A stretch of DNA of 51,476 bases, from NCBI GenBank assembly GCA_021432655.1, contig MU271492.1, forward strand, positions 1 through 51,476, read 5' to 3'. The position numbers and the translations under genes are program-made. This document shows positions 39,001 through 49,400 of this stretch, piece by piece. Within the stretch, counting starts at the first letter, position 1; every line of letters begins with the position of its first letter. The DNA is from Atractiella rhizophila (taxonomy: Eukaryota). The notes below the pieces were generated by a model. That model was not told where the DNA came from and ran no database searches. It saw only the letters and a program-made list of their open reading frames with translations.

Positions 39001-40971
39001 CGGTCCCCAGGTATCAAATCCTAGGGTTTTTCCTGGATTTTCCTCTCTGATGGTTGCAGGACCTTTACTCTTCGTGTATGTCGCCTTTCCTCTTGCACAA
39101 GTCAAGCACTGATGTAAATGTGTTGCATTGCAGGTACCCTTTATCTGAGACTTCGACAAAATTTCATGCTTGATAGCTAAGCGGAGCCGTTCGTTGCTCG
39201 GGTGACCTAACCGTTGATGCCAGACACGTATAGGCACTGCGATGAAGGTTGCATGAGGATTCTGATCCGGAGGTATTGAAGCGGGGAGGTAACTCGCCTG
39301 CAAGGTAATGAGCGTTCGGCCAATGGAAGCTATTCCGAACAATTTCCCATCCTTCCCATGCAGGTAGACCCTCTTCGTGTCATTGTTGAATACCACCCCA
39401 GCTTCCATCAGAATCTTGGACGAAATGAGATTCACTCCCAACCCTGGTGCGTAATACACGTTCCGTATCATTCCTACTGTTGTCGTCCCATCGTCGAGGA
39501 CGAATGCCGCTTTCAGGTTACCGATCGCCGTAGCAAATCCCTTTGAACCCCAAGCACCCTTGATGCCAATGGGTTTCTCAAGCTCCCTGAGATCATGCAG
39601 TAGCCATGGGCAGACGGTCAGATGAATCGAGGCAGCGCTATCAAGGTGGAAGGGGCGTATCGTGCCTTCGATCTGCTCTCCGTCGCTTATTCCAGCCATC
39701 AGTGCAAATCCTTCGCCTTCTGAATTGAGGCTGGCAATTTCTGACGGGTTCACGGTGTCAAGGTCAAACGATGTGATGTAGGCACCAAAGTCGACCGTTT
39801 CTAATCCATCGTCGTCGTCAACTTCCGCCAAATACGCTCCGGTTGACCCATCATAGTCCGACACCACGCCCAACTGTTCGTTATACGGTTTTCCCGTCGA
39901 AGGATCGTTATCCGTCGCACGTATCGGATTTGCATGTTGTTCGTCTGCAACAGTAGCAATGAGAACGTGTAGCTCGTTTCGGGGGACTTCGATGTCATAC
40001 TGCTTGAAAACAGCAAGGAGGGAGGCCGCCTGTTGTTTTCTGTTAAGATTGCAGTTGCGTCCATAATGACCGTCCTTCCCGCAGTGATAACACTGACGCG
40101 TTCCCAGTCGAAATTGTCCCCTCTCGGTTGTCCCATGGGGCCAATTTCCCCAATTTTTGATCGCTCTGGCATTCGGCGCAATCCTGTTGATCAATGGACG
40201 TTGTGGACGGCCATCGTTGCCCTCTCTCTTCTTTCCCATGTTCGAGGACGTGATCTGCTGAGGGGAGATCCTAGAGACGAGTGCGATGTCCTTATCTCCT
40301 GATCTGACCTCCTCCCTATTCCTCAAAGCCATCTCTTCCGCTGTCAGTCGGTTTACAACAGATGCGAGGTCAGCTTGGTTGACCCCTGTTGAGGATAGCC
40401 ACCTTCGCGTTTCTTCTCGCAAGCCATTGATGAGGGTATACGAAAGGAGAGTATCGCTAATCGTCAACTCGTCCTGGGACTCATTGAATATTCTTCTTCG
40501 CTCATGCAATTTCGCGATCCATTCGATAAGGCTGAGATTACTCGACTCGTGAGTAAAGTTCGTAAATTGGCGCAAAAGGTGTGCCGTGTCAGCAAATTCC
40601 TTGGTCTCGTATTTGTCCTTCAGAATCTTTATGGCCTTTACCGGATCCACCTGGTCTTCGATGAACACCCTCGCTGTGTCTCCCACAGATTGCTTCAAGA
40701 CCATCATCGCAACGGCCGCCATGCGTCTCCAGTTCGACAAAGCCTTGATGAACGCAGTATTCTCCTCATCCGTTGGGCTCTTTATCTTCGGAGTTTGACC
40801 CTTGGACATCATCTCTTGCATCTGCGTCACCGTCAACCCTTCCTCAGACATAGGGCTGACTGGTTCCGTCACGATGCCATCCAGCAGAATCCCCACATTG
40901 TTCGCGTCGAGGATGGATTTCAGAGAGCGGAAGAACCTGGTGGAATTTTGGAGAGTGAGGGGAGGAATCTT
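36046..40971 (-). CDS. Copia Gag-Pol polyprotein, about 1640 aa, uninterrupted, in frame with the upstream host gene
   Basis: ORF 36046-41046 has no stops; Gag N-terminal-like IPPLTLQNSTRFFRSLKSIL begins near 40968. Confidence 0.9.
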   Translation of the reverse strand, partial: KIPPLTLQNSTRFFRSLKSILDANNVGILLDGIVTEPVSPMSEEGLTVTQMQEMMSKGQTPKIKSPTDEENTAFIKALSNWRRMAAVAMMVLKQSVGDTARVFIEDQVDPVKAIKILKDKYETKEFADTAHLLRQFTNFTHESSNLSLIEWIAKLHERRRIFNESQDELTISDTLLSYTLINGLREETRRWLSSTGVNQADLASVVNRLTAEEMALRNREEVRSGDKDIALVSRISPQQITSSNMGKKREGNDGRPQRPLINRIAPNARAIKNWGNWPHGTTERGQFRLGTRQCYHCGKDGHYGRNCNLNRKQQAASLLAVFKQYDIEVPRNELHVLIATVADEQHANPIRATDNDPSTGKPYNEQLGVVSDYDGSTGAYLAEVDDDDGLETVDFGAYITSFDLDTVNPSEIASLNSEGEGFALMAGISDGEQIEGTIRPFHLDSAASIHLTVCPWLLHDLRELEKPIGIKGAWGSKGFATAIGNLKAAFVLDDGTTTVGMIRNVYYAPGLGVNLISSKILMEAGVVFNNDTKRVYLHGKDGKLFGIASIGRTLITLQASYLPASIPPDQNPHATFIAVPIRVWHQRLGHPSNERLRLAIKHEILSKSQIKGTCNATHLHQCLTCARGKATYTKSKGPATIREENPGKTLGFDTWGPATLSSIQGFRYVFGAVDEASRYMIVGGMKLKSEAPRLLEGIRAAIKRDLDVDLRKIRHDQATEFMSHAMKDWCNKHNIASMKTMVYAHDQAGLWERQWYTLFNIVRCLLLESGLPLYLWYEALRVAVYMKNIMPTKGNKDNQSPYEVFHGRKPDTTHIRVFGCMAAVTIMPEQRDSKLLPRAKMMYFVGYVTDGYGWRFWDPMKRRIVEAKSARFFEDQFYTRRNEEETERIRTLEPEDFLPMLLPQEGAEVVTRSQLEGELGGRRIEVPGDLTYTGGGEQCSQNNDDDVDAPPSPTLRRKQAAVDEPGNREDMLARPPTVLLQPEEDASFVKEKVSHIEETIRKAREDEETRARFSPYRQRREGRGARNAGRPAWDYKKLHERGIYYTQIYGNGDMNGPVMELAAEVRRNPKAFQLTADHDEDETNEQVYWTGNMDEPSFKEAVAGPDRDRWIAAMVAELAALEAMGTWKGGLRKLPPGRKALGVKWVLLIKRDPAGEVIKYKARLVVRGDQQTHGVDYKETWAPTVRMASVRAVLSISAQEGWVRRQFDVSNAFLNGEIEEEVFVKQAPGFVDAERPNEVHELGKALYGLCQAGRQWWKKIKGVLTALGFRQTSADDGVYVMRKGKDVVIICLHVDDGLVVGSSETLIEEVFHRLEEFFKLQAGPASVFLGIQIEGEDGGRRVKIHQKGYATKIVRKYLGDSVSPVQMPCEANKRLSPDLSPNSSTGRERMRGIPYREAVGALIYLSACTRPDIAYAVSEVSRYCNNPGMGHWQAMKRIYRYVAGTLDHGLVYDGYAFPVPSLDAFVDADHAADPVTRRSVSGVLFRNAGAVISWISKRQMSVAVSSTEAEYVAMSVATREAVWLRRLLTDLGYPSLKPTLIRGDNQGAIRLASHPVAHSRTKHIAVHYHFTRERVEDGTVLLEWIPTRHQIADVLTKGLAATMHWRFCALMGLAGNEYYGTAGSSVGGGEGLRVEKSGAVK

Positions 40972-42638
40972 CTCAAGCCCTTGCTCCAGGTCTGCTCTCA
41001 AATCCTCAAAGTCTTCCACGCCAATCGACAAACGGACTGTGACCAAAATGTTGGCATGCTTCCATCACATAGAAAAAGAGGAGCGCACCTAAACGGGGAT
41101 CTTCTGTAGGATCAGAGAGTAAACGCTGCTCGATCAAACTCTCCACTCCTCCTTCAATTCCAGTCCAGAAAAGGCAGAGTATATTATCAGCATTACCTCC
41201 GAAATTCATAAGTAAAAATGAGCATACCAAGAGACGTTGCCGGCTTCAGTGAATGTTCAGCGAGAATTGACAGGGCAGAAACATAAATCGGCGCACCGTA
41301 AAGAGTTTCAACGCAAAAGGCAAGCGTGCAGCGGCATCCTTGTCTTTCATCTATCGCTCGCTCTTAGCCTACATCTCTGCTTCTGAACAGCGAGAGAGAG
41401 TCATACAAAGATCGAAAAGCAGGCGGGTCCCGCTTCGAGTTGTTTTCCTTTCCCAATCAATCCCTCCGCTCCTTCCTGCAAACTCGCGTGCCACACCTTC
41501 TCTACCTCCTTCCTCCCGTTCAACCACTGTGCGATCTTCGTTCCGGTCTCAGCCTGTCTGGGGACGCGCAAATGCAGCGTGCGCAGGGAGCGAAGGACGA
41601 GCCATTGTTCCATGGATCCGGGAACGAGTCCGAGGTACGTGCGAGTGTGCCAGAGGGAGTTCCAGGTCTCCATTGATTTAACCGAGAGGGTGCCCATGAG
41701 AGCGTCGGAATGGCCTCCCTTTCGCAGTGCAAAGAGATGAGGGTGGTAAAGACGGAGAGAAGTTAAACCGTACGAAATATTTCGTTCCACTGTGCATGAT
41801 TACATCTACTCCCCACTTAAAAGGATCTGATAGAGGAGGTGGCGCCAAGGTGGAGTCAACCACAAGAATTCCTTGCTCAGGAAGCTTTTTTCGATCTGCC
41901 ATGTATCCCGTCAGTAAGGTAATTTGGAATGAAATGGAGGTGGCAAACAGAAAGCAAGGTCTCGAACCTCTCCTGTCGGGTTCAACGGGGTCTCCACCCA
42001 GGCAAGTGTTTTAGGATGAGTGAACGGTTCCGAGAGATCAATCAATTTCTGATTCCAATCGATTTATTACGTGTCCAATGCGGTCCATAAAAAGGGACGC
42101 ACCACATTGTTTGAACCCTTTAGCTCGACATATTTCTCGATAACCATATGCACGCCATGATATCCCTTTGTAATAGCAATCACTTCCTGCCACCCGCATC
42201 TCAGCTTGACCTCGATATTGACGATTGGAGGTTCACTGGTTGATAGTGCATAAGCACCCCGAAAGCTGCGCTCAATCCACTTCCGTAGACGATGGTATGC
42301 CCTCCAATAGCCGCAGAAAGAACTTTTTCGAGCCGATAAAGGACGGGCGTTGAATACCTTCACCGGAGACAGCAAAAGTCAAAATCGAAGCAGATGAAGG
42401 ACCACGTAGGTTTACCTGGAATAAAGGTATGTCTTTGGGTCCTCTGGATCGAATTCTACGTACTCTCCATCAGCGGAAGGAGTATGCCGGAAAGTGGTTG
42501 TGAGCCTGGAAGTCACAGTTTAGCACTAGAAATAAAAGGAAGAAAAAGGTGAACAGACGAGATCGAAGGTGCGACATCTGCTCTTTCGTGAGCGTCATCG
42601 GCATGTAGAAGAGTGGTGCCTAGTTGTTGTGGTGACAT
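40972..42638 (-). CDS. Cys/Met metabolism PLP-dependent trans-sulfuration enzyme (cystathionine gamma-lyase/synthase family, YHR112C-like), 11 exons, no stop codon of its own
   Basis: LGTTLLHAD, YLYSRYSTP, YGSGLSA, GYHG, WVETPLNPTG, VVDSTLAPP, MHSGTKYFGGHSD (PLP lysine), LRSLRTLHLRV, ATSLGGVESLIE, VRLSIGVEDFEDL. All intron phases are consistent. Confidence 0.92.
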
Positions 42639-43698
42639 TTTCGTATTCTTCCCCGCTTGGTTTTGTGCTACTGCAATGCCCTTACTTCCAACGTTTTGGA
42701 GAGCAGTATATGTATACGATGGAGAGCAACAAATTCGTCTGAGTCGCGGTGACAGCAGGGGACTTTATAGGGGATTTTACAGGGAGTTTATGGGGACAAA
42801 AATGAGCTAAAATGTCGTGCCTCCTTTCATTGATTCCTTCGATTCGGCACAGAATTCGGCGGATTTCTTCTCGCGAACAAGGACAGAATACAAATTGTCC
42901 AACAAAAATTGTCCAACAACTGCGGAATGATTGCGAAAACTGGAATTGACTGGAAAACCCTGTCATAAATAGGGAGGGATGCAGGTACCAGATAGAAAAC
43001 GAAGAAGACGAATTTTCACTGCCAGTATCCTATCCTGTTCTGTTACTGTAGTGCTGTTGTTCAAGCTTCTTTCTGGTTTCAAGGGAACTGCTATTCAAAG
43101 TCTTAAGAAATAGGACCTTTTGGTTCATCGTCGGTCCCATAATCATGACATTCTAAAGGAAGAGTTGTTTGAACTCAGGTTTGACGGACAGTTACCAGGA
43201 GGACATTCCTCACCCACCGTTCATTAGATGACCTAGAATAAATCCAACGGGTACGTTAATGAGTTGAAGGAAGTATAACAGTTAGTATTGAGAGTATCAA
43301 AAGTAATTTTGAACTACAGCTGAAGTACTGACGATGGAAGAACTGGAAGAACGCAGGAAGAACGACACAACGAAGTATGAACAGCTGCCTCAAGAAAATG
43401 CCTCACCCAAAAGGAGTAGATAGAGCCTAGCTCACCAAAAGAAGAAGGGAAGAATAAGTAGGTATGTGGCGTAAGTGTAGAAAAGAATGACGACGTTTGT
43501 ACACAGCGGAACAGCGAGACCTTCACGCAACTGGAGATAATAGGAATCCATCCATCAAGCAATCCAATCCAATCACTTGTCTCCTTATTTTAAATTTGAC
43601 CGCAAGGACCCCAGTCAGGGGTCCATCACCGCTCAGCTTCTTCCACAAAGCGATGTGTCCTCCACTCCTTCCCTGCCTCATCCGATCGAAAAGGTCGC

Positions 43699-46494
43699 TC
43701 AATGTCTCCTCTTATCTTCATCCTCCACCTCCTCATCTGCTCCCCTTACCCGACTCCGATCCTCCATCCTCACACTCGCACAATCAATCGCGTCCTCCGG
43801 CTTGACACCAATGTCTTCCTCCACTAACCTATCGTATCCATACTTGCACCATCCATACCTCGTCTTCCTCAAAATCATCTCCCTCAATTTCGGATCGAAT
43901 TTATTCCACGCCGAGAAAGCAGGTGACTTCCTCGAGTAATAAGGCTGATTCGAATCCGTGCCATTCGGGTTGAAAAGGGAGCAACTGAGGTTCGGAAGAG
44001 TAGGGCGATATTCCTGAGGTAGGAGGAAAGCGAGAAGTCCGAGCATCTCAGTCAAAGTGTTCGAACGAAGATCCTCGTATCTCATCACGTGAGTGGCAAT
44101 TGGCGCGTCGTCCCAATAATTCGTATGTTGGATCCATTGATCTGCGAACCCGCTGATTTGCGTCCACTGGGAGAGGGGAATGAAGTCGTTCTCAGAGTGC
44201 CAAGAGTGATCGCGCTCTCCAGCTTCGTTTTTCGGCGCATGACGGAAATTCCAATAGGAGTAGATGGCATCGATGGGGTTCCTCACTATCATTCACCGGT
44301 ACATTAGCGGCTACATCGGAGCGAAGGAGCGAAATGATCAAGGACGAACCTAGATGAACTGTCTGATCCCATTGCCTCCAATAGTCCTCGATAACATCCC
44401 CGGTCAAGACGGGATAATGAGTCTTAATGAGCCACTTCTCGGTCCTGTCGCACTCTCCCAAAAAGGTCTTCCTCAGCGCCGGATCACAATAAATAGAGCT
44501 CGTCCTGAAACCCGTCGTTTTCTCCAACAACGATCGAATATACGAATTGCCGCTCCTTGGGAAGGTGACAAGTCCAGTCTTCGGCGTGCTGTCCAGGGTA
44601 GGGAACTGGCTCGTTTCAACATGGGAGTCTGGGCAGGAGCCGACGGTACCGGAAAGAGTGGCGAGTTGTTCCCCCCATGTTGCCTGTTGTGCGATAGTTT
44701 CGGCGAGGAGTGAAGAGTCGAATGCCTTCTCGAACGGGTTGAGGTTGTGGAAGGTTGTTTTGAGGCTTTCGGTGTCGACGGACGGTAGAGGAGTACCGAG
44801 GAAAGGGGAGATGATGATGGAAAGGATGAGAGGAACGAGGACCGGGATTCCGTACTGCTTGAATGCTGCATCACGAACCGAGCACGAAAGAATTAGTATG
44901 GATGTTCGTCCACAAAAAAAACGTTTAGCTTTGGGATCGCATTCAATTTTTCACACTTCACACGTTGACAACCGTCGGAACTTTGGACGGTTTCTGAAAA
45001 TACCACTCCGTCTTCCCGAGTGAGTCCAAGATAGCCATGCGAGGCATAAATAGAGATTTTGTTCTCCTTCAGAGCTACAAATAACCCGCATGGTCTCTTA
45101 GGCCAATTCTCCTCCCCCCAATTCTCCTCCCCTCCAATCCCCAAACGAAAGCGAAAGCGAGAGCAAGAAGAAAAAGAAGACGTACGTCCGCCAGGTTTAG
45201 GTTTCGACACCTCAGGAAGATCGGGCAAAAACTTTTCTTCCTCCATATCCCTCAAATTCCGACTCGTAATGCGAGCGTGGCTCCTGGTGTCCTCCCTCGA
45301 ATAGCTGCGTCCATGGCTCCTAATCTCTCGTTGTCCTTCTCCTCCAGAAGTCGGTTTCGGATCATCGAATCTCTTATCCATCTTTATCCACACTCCACTT
45401 CCTACCCATCCAACTCCCAGCCAGCCAGCGCCGCCGATCTTTCCTAGGTTTCCAAAGATACCAGCATTGATGAGAATGCCAAGAAATTGGCGAACCGTCA
45501 TTATTGTCGATGACATGAGGGCGCCAAAATTGGAAATGGTGGATAAAAGGACGACCAGGCCAAGACAGGAAGTGAGGGACAGGAGGATGATGGATCCTCC
45601 CACGCTGAGGGGGTATTTGATGATGAGGAGAAGAGATGTGCCGACAGAGGAAGTGGGGGAGGAGAAGTGAGAAAAGACAAGGGTGATGAAGCTGATGGCA
45701 CAGGCGAAGAAGTTGACCCACACCATCTGGTCGAGAATGGGCGAGTTGGCAGTAAAAGGATTCATCCCGCCTGATGCACCGGCATCCTTGCTCTTTCCGA
45801 AGACTCGCTCCTGTGTCGTCGACGTAAGGCCGTCGAAGAAGAGATATCCGAGCAAGAGTGCAGCGCCGAGGAATCCTTCCCATCCGTCTGCTCCCTCTTT
45901 TCCTTCGCTCTCCTCTCCGCCGAACCACAGATAGGTCGCACCTCCGAGGACAACTAGCGAGGCGCCAATCCATTCTCGGGTCTTATGGCTCTTGCCGTAG
46001 ACGCATTTGCCGACAACGAGGACAGGTACCATTTTCACTGTCTTCGCAAGAGATTGGGTTGTGAAGGAGACATGCTTGAGTGCCTCGTATTGGCAAGTAG
46101 TGGAGAGGAAATTAAATATGGAGACGAGGAAGTAGGCATAGATTGGGGAGGCAGGCATGAGGAGAGATAGGATTGATTGACCTGGTACGGGTTGGTGGGA
46201 AGGAGAGCGCATACGGAGCGAGAGGAGCATGAATGCTCCTGTCGTGCAGGAAAAGAGGCGGTTGAAGAAAACTAGTAGTGGAGAGGAAGTAAAGCGCTCT
46301 TCATTCTCTCCTATACAACGGAGCCTTCAACGTCCCGCAGCCTTTGCAGCAGAGGGAAAGGACAAACCATAAGTGCCTTTCATGATCTTCTCTTGCAAAA
46401 TGCCATAAAGACTGTACAAAACGAAGATCCCTATTCCATGAGCGAGGAGGCCCAGGCCTCCCCCTCCATCGGCACGATGTGAGGTGGCGGTCAT
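43699..46494 (-). CDS. Fusion gene: PAPS transporter (UAA/SLC35B2-like) + TM anchor + sulfotransferase domain
   Basis: Transporter: LYGILQEKIM, ERFTSSPLLVFFNR, CQYEALKHVSFTTQSLAK, YLFFDGLTS, IMTVRQ. A phase-1 intron at 45185-44866 leads to YGIPVLVPLILSIIISPFLG, then TFPRSGNSYIRSLLE (5'-PSB), KTHYP, VRNPIDAIYSYW (3'-PB) and MRYEDL. Confidence 0.82.
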
Positions 46495-49400
46495 TTGAAT
46501 GAGTGTTGTCCAAAGAGTGTTCTGCGCCAGCCACCTATGAACTCGCCCGTGCCATAAGAGAACAGGAAACTCACGTCTTACACGTATGCTTGAATCGTCT
46601 GAGTGAGGAATTTTAAAAAACGAGGCCTTTCCTTCGTGGTCGTTCTGGCTCTTCTGCGACTTCGGAAAATTTCGAACGGCAACCTAAAACACAGTCTTGG
46701 CGTCGATGTTGAAATGACCGGCTGAGCTCTCTAAAGTAGCTCCTACTTCTAATTTTGATAGATAATGTGGGTTTGGTTAGCAAAGGGAAGTAGAATTGGA
46801 GGAGGTTAGCTTTATGAAATATGAGGAATGGCTACGGGCTACGGAGGTCCGTGTGGTTGTCAACTTCGGGAACGAGGAAAAGGGGAGAAGGAGCTGCGAG
46901 CTGCTGCTCCGTCGGCAGACCTTCTGTACATTCATGTGAGAGAAGAAAGGAACAGGAGTGGCGTTCTCCAAGGGCAGTCATGTCTTGTTTTGTCAATAGA
47001 CCTGCGAGAACCTGACCCCTGGAGCACTTTATAGTCCAGTGCTTTCAGCAGTTCATTGCCGTCATCGGCATGAGTGCGGAATCTGATGCGCAGATGTCCC
47101 ATCCTCTCCCTGTACATTTTGTGTTTCTTCATCCCTTACTGGCTATTGCGCGAAAGGAAAAGAGGCATCCGTAAGGGATATGAGTGTCTTCTATGGACTT
47201 CACCGTAAGTTCAATTTAGATGGCAATGTTTTTACCCCGTTTCTGCTCAGTAATGCGCGCCTCTCAAGTTGTATATCTGGTGTGATACTGAAGAAGGGCT
47301 TAAGCAGCTCCTAACGGAAATACAACACGTCTCGTGATTTGGCAGAGAGTTATCTTGATTTCCACTTTGCAGGCTCGTTAATTCTTCACTCATTGTCAAA
47401 CCGTGATATTTTGCTTTTTTTACTTGAGGTTGACTCTGAGGCCAACAGTTTCGCCAAATGAAATTTCGATCATTGCCCAATTTGAAATTGTTATCAGCCC
47501 GACTCAGACAACATTTCGCCAGCAGAACATCCTTGTAAAGCTTTAGTCATCGCGTTAGGCAGCAAAACAAACTTGTGATAGGCATCTGTAATCAACAGCG
47601 GTGTCTGCGCGTGTTCTTTGCTCGTCCATTGGTCCCTGATATTCCGTAAGAGTTATCCCCTCTTTCAGTAGTTCTTTTCACAGCTGGTCTAGGTTCTAAT
47701 CTTTCTACACATAACAGAACAAAAACAAAGTAGATCATGACATCAAAAAAGCTAGGCACGAGCCTTCTGCACGCAGATGACTCTCACGAAAGAGCAGAGG
47801 TCGCACCGTCGATCTCGTCTGTCCCTCTTCTCTTTCGCTGTGCTATCTCCCAGCTAACGTTTAGCTCCAAGGCTATCAACGACCTTCCGTCACATTCCTT
47901 CAGCCGACAGCGAGCATGTACAATTTGACCCTGTAGACCCAAAGACACACCTTTATGCTCGGTAGCGTCATCTTGTCCGTCTGGCTGCCGTGCCTTTAGT
48001 GTTTACTGTTTCGGAAAAAAAAAAAAAACCCAGGCCTCCCCCTCCATCGGCACGATGTGAGGTGGCAGTCATTTGAATGAGTGTTGTCCAAAGAGTGTTC
48101 TGCACCAGCCACCTATGAACTCGCCCGTGCCATAAGAGAACAGGAAACTCACGTCTTACACGTATGCTTGAATCGTCTGAGTGAGGAATTTTAAAAAACG
48201 AGGCCTTTCCTTCGTGGTCGTTCTGGCTCTTCTGCGACTCCGGAAAATTCGAACGGCAACCTAAAACACAGTCTTGGCGTCGATGTTGAAATGACCGGCT
48301 GAGCTCTCTAAAGTAGCTTCTACTTCTAATTTTGATAGATAATGCGAGTTTGGTTAGCAAGGGAAGTCGTTTTGGAGGAGGTTAGCTTTATGAAATATGA
48401 GGAATGGCTACGGGCTACGGAGGTCCATGTGGTTGTCAACTTCGGGAACGAGGAAAAGGGGGAGAAGGAGCTGCGAGCTGCTGCTCCGCCGGCAGACCTT
48501 CTGTACATTCATGTGAGAGAAGAAAGGAACAGGAGTGGCGTTCTCCAAGGGCAGTCATGTCTTGTTTTGTCAATAGACCTGCGAGAACCTGAGCCCTGGA
48601 GCACTTTATAGCCCAGTGCTTTCAGCAGTTCATTGCCGTCATCGGCATGAGTGCGGAATCTGATGCGCAGACGTCCCATCTCCCTGTACATTATGTGTTT
48701 CTTCATCCCTTATTGGCTATTGTGCGAAAGGAAAAGAGGCATCCGCAAGGGATATGAGTGTCTTCTATGGACTTCACCGTAAGATCAATTTAGATGGCAA
48801 TGTTTTTACCCCGTTCCTGCTCAGAAATGCATGCCTCTCAAGCTGTATATCTGGTGTGATACTGAAGAAGGGCTTAAGCAGCTCTCTAACGGAAATACAA
48901 CACGTCTCGTGATTTGACGATGAGTTATCTTGATTTTCGCTCTGCAGGCTCGTTGAGTCTTCACTCATTGGCGAACCATGATATTTTGGTTTCTTTACTT
49001 GAGGTTGACTCTGAGGGAGAACACAACAGTTCGGAGCAAACTACCACATCAACTGTTTCTCCAGTGGAAGGTCCTCCTGCATGAAAACAATGCCATCTCA
49101 AACATCTCAGGGTCTGTGGGTTGGGAAGAATCAAAAGGAAGACGCTGAAGGAAGGATAGTCCAAAGTACTTGATGTGTTCTAGGTTAAAACCTTTGGGTT
49201 TTGTCACTTATCCTGTCCAACAAATCTGCATGTTTGCAAAGACAGCCATGTTAATGTTACGAGATTTATGAAAGGAAGTCCAATTACGACTGCGTTGGAG
49301 AACTATCATCGGCATCCATCCATTTATCTCCTAACGACAGGACTCTGAGGATTCTAATTATGATTAATGGAACACTCAGTTTTATTCATCATGGATCCAT

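Larger units (their letters stand above)
35738..40971 (-). mobile_element. Ty1/copia LTR retrotransposon, 5'-truncated (3' LTR, PPT and gag-pol present; no 5' LTR or PBS)
   Basis: Single ORF in the order Gag, CCHC knuckle (CYHCGKDGHYGRNC), PR (LDSAAS), IN (WHQRLGH...CLTC; DTWGP...RHDQATEF...ER), RT (KARLVVRG, DVSNAFL, HVDD), RNase H (DADHA, STEAEY, DNQ). Polypurine tract GAGGGGGAG lies immediately before the LTR TG. Confidence 0.95.

Noticed and set aside
48015..48028. Poly(A) tail of a retrocopy or LINE insertion
   Set aside because: The preceding sequence retains introns and ends inside an intron, and there is no target-site duplication.
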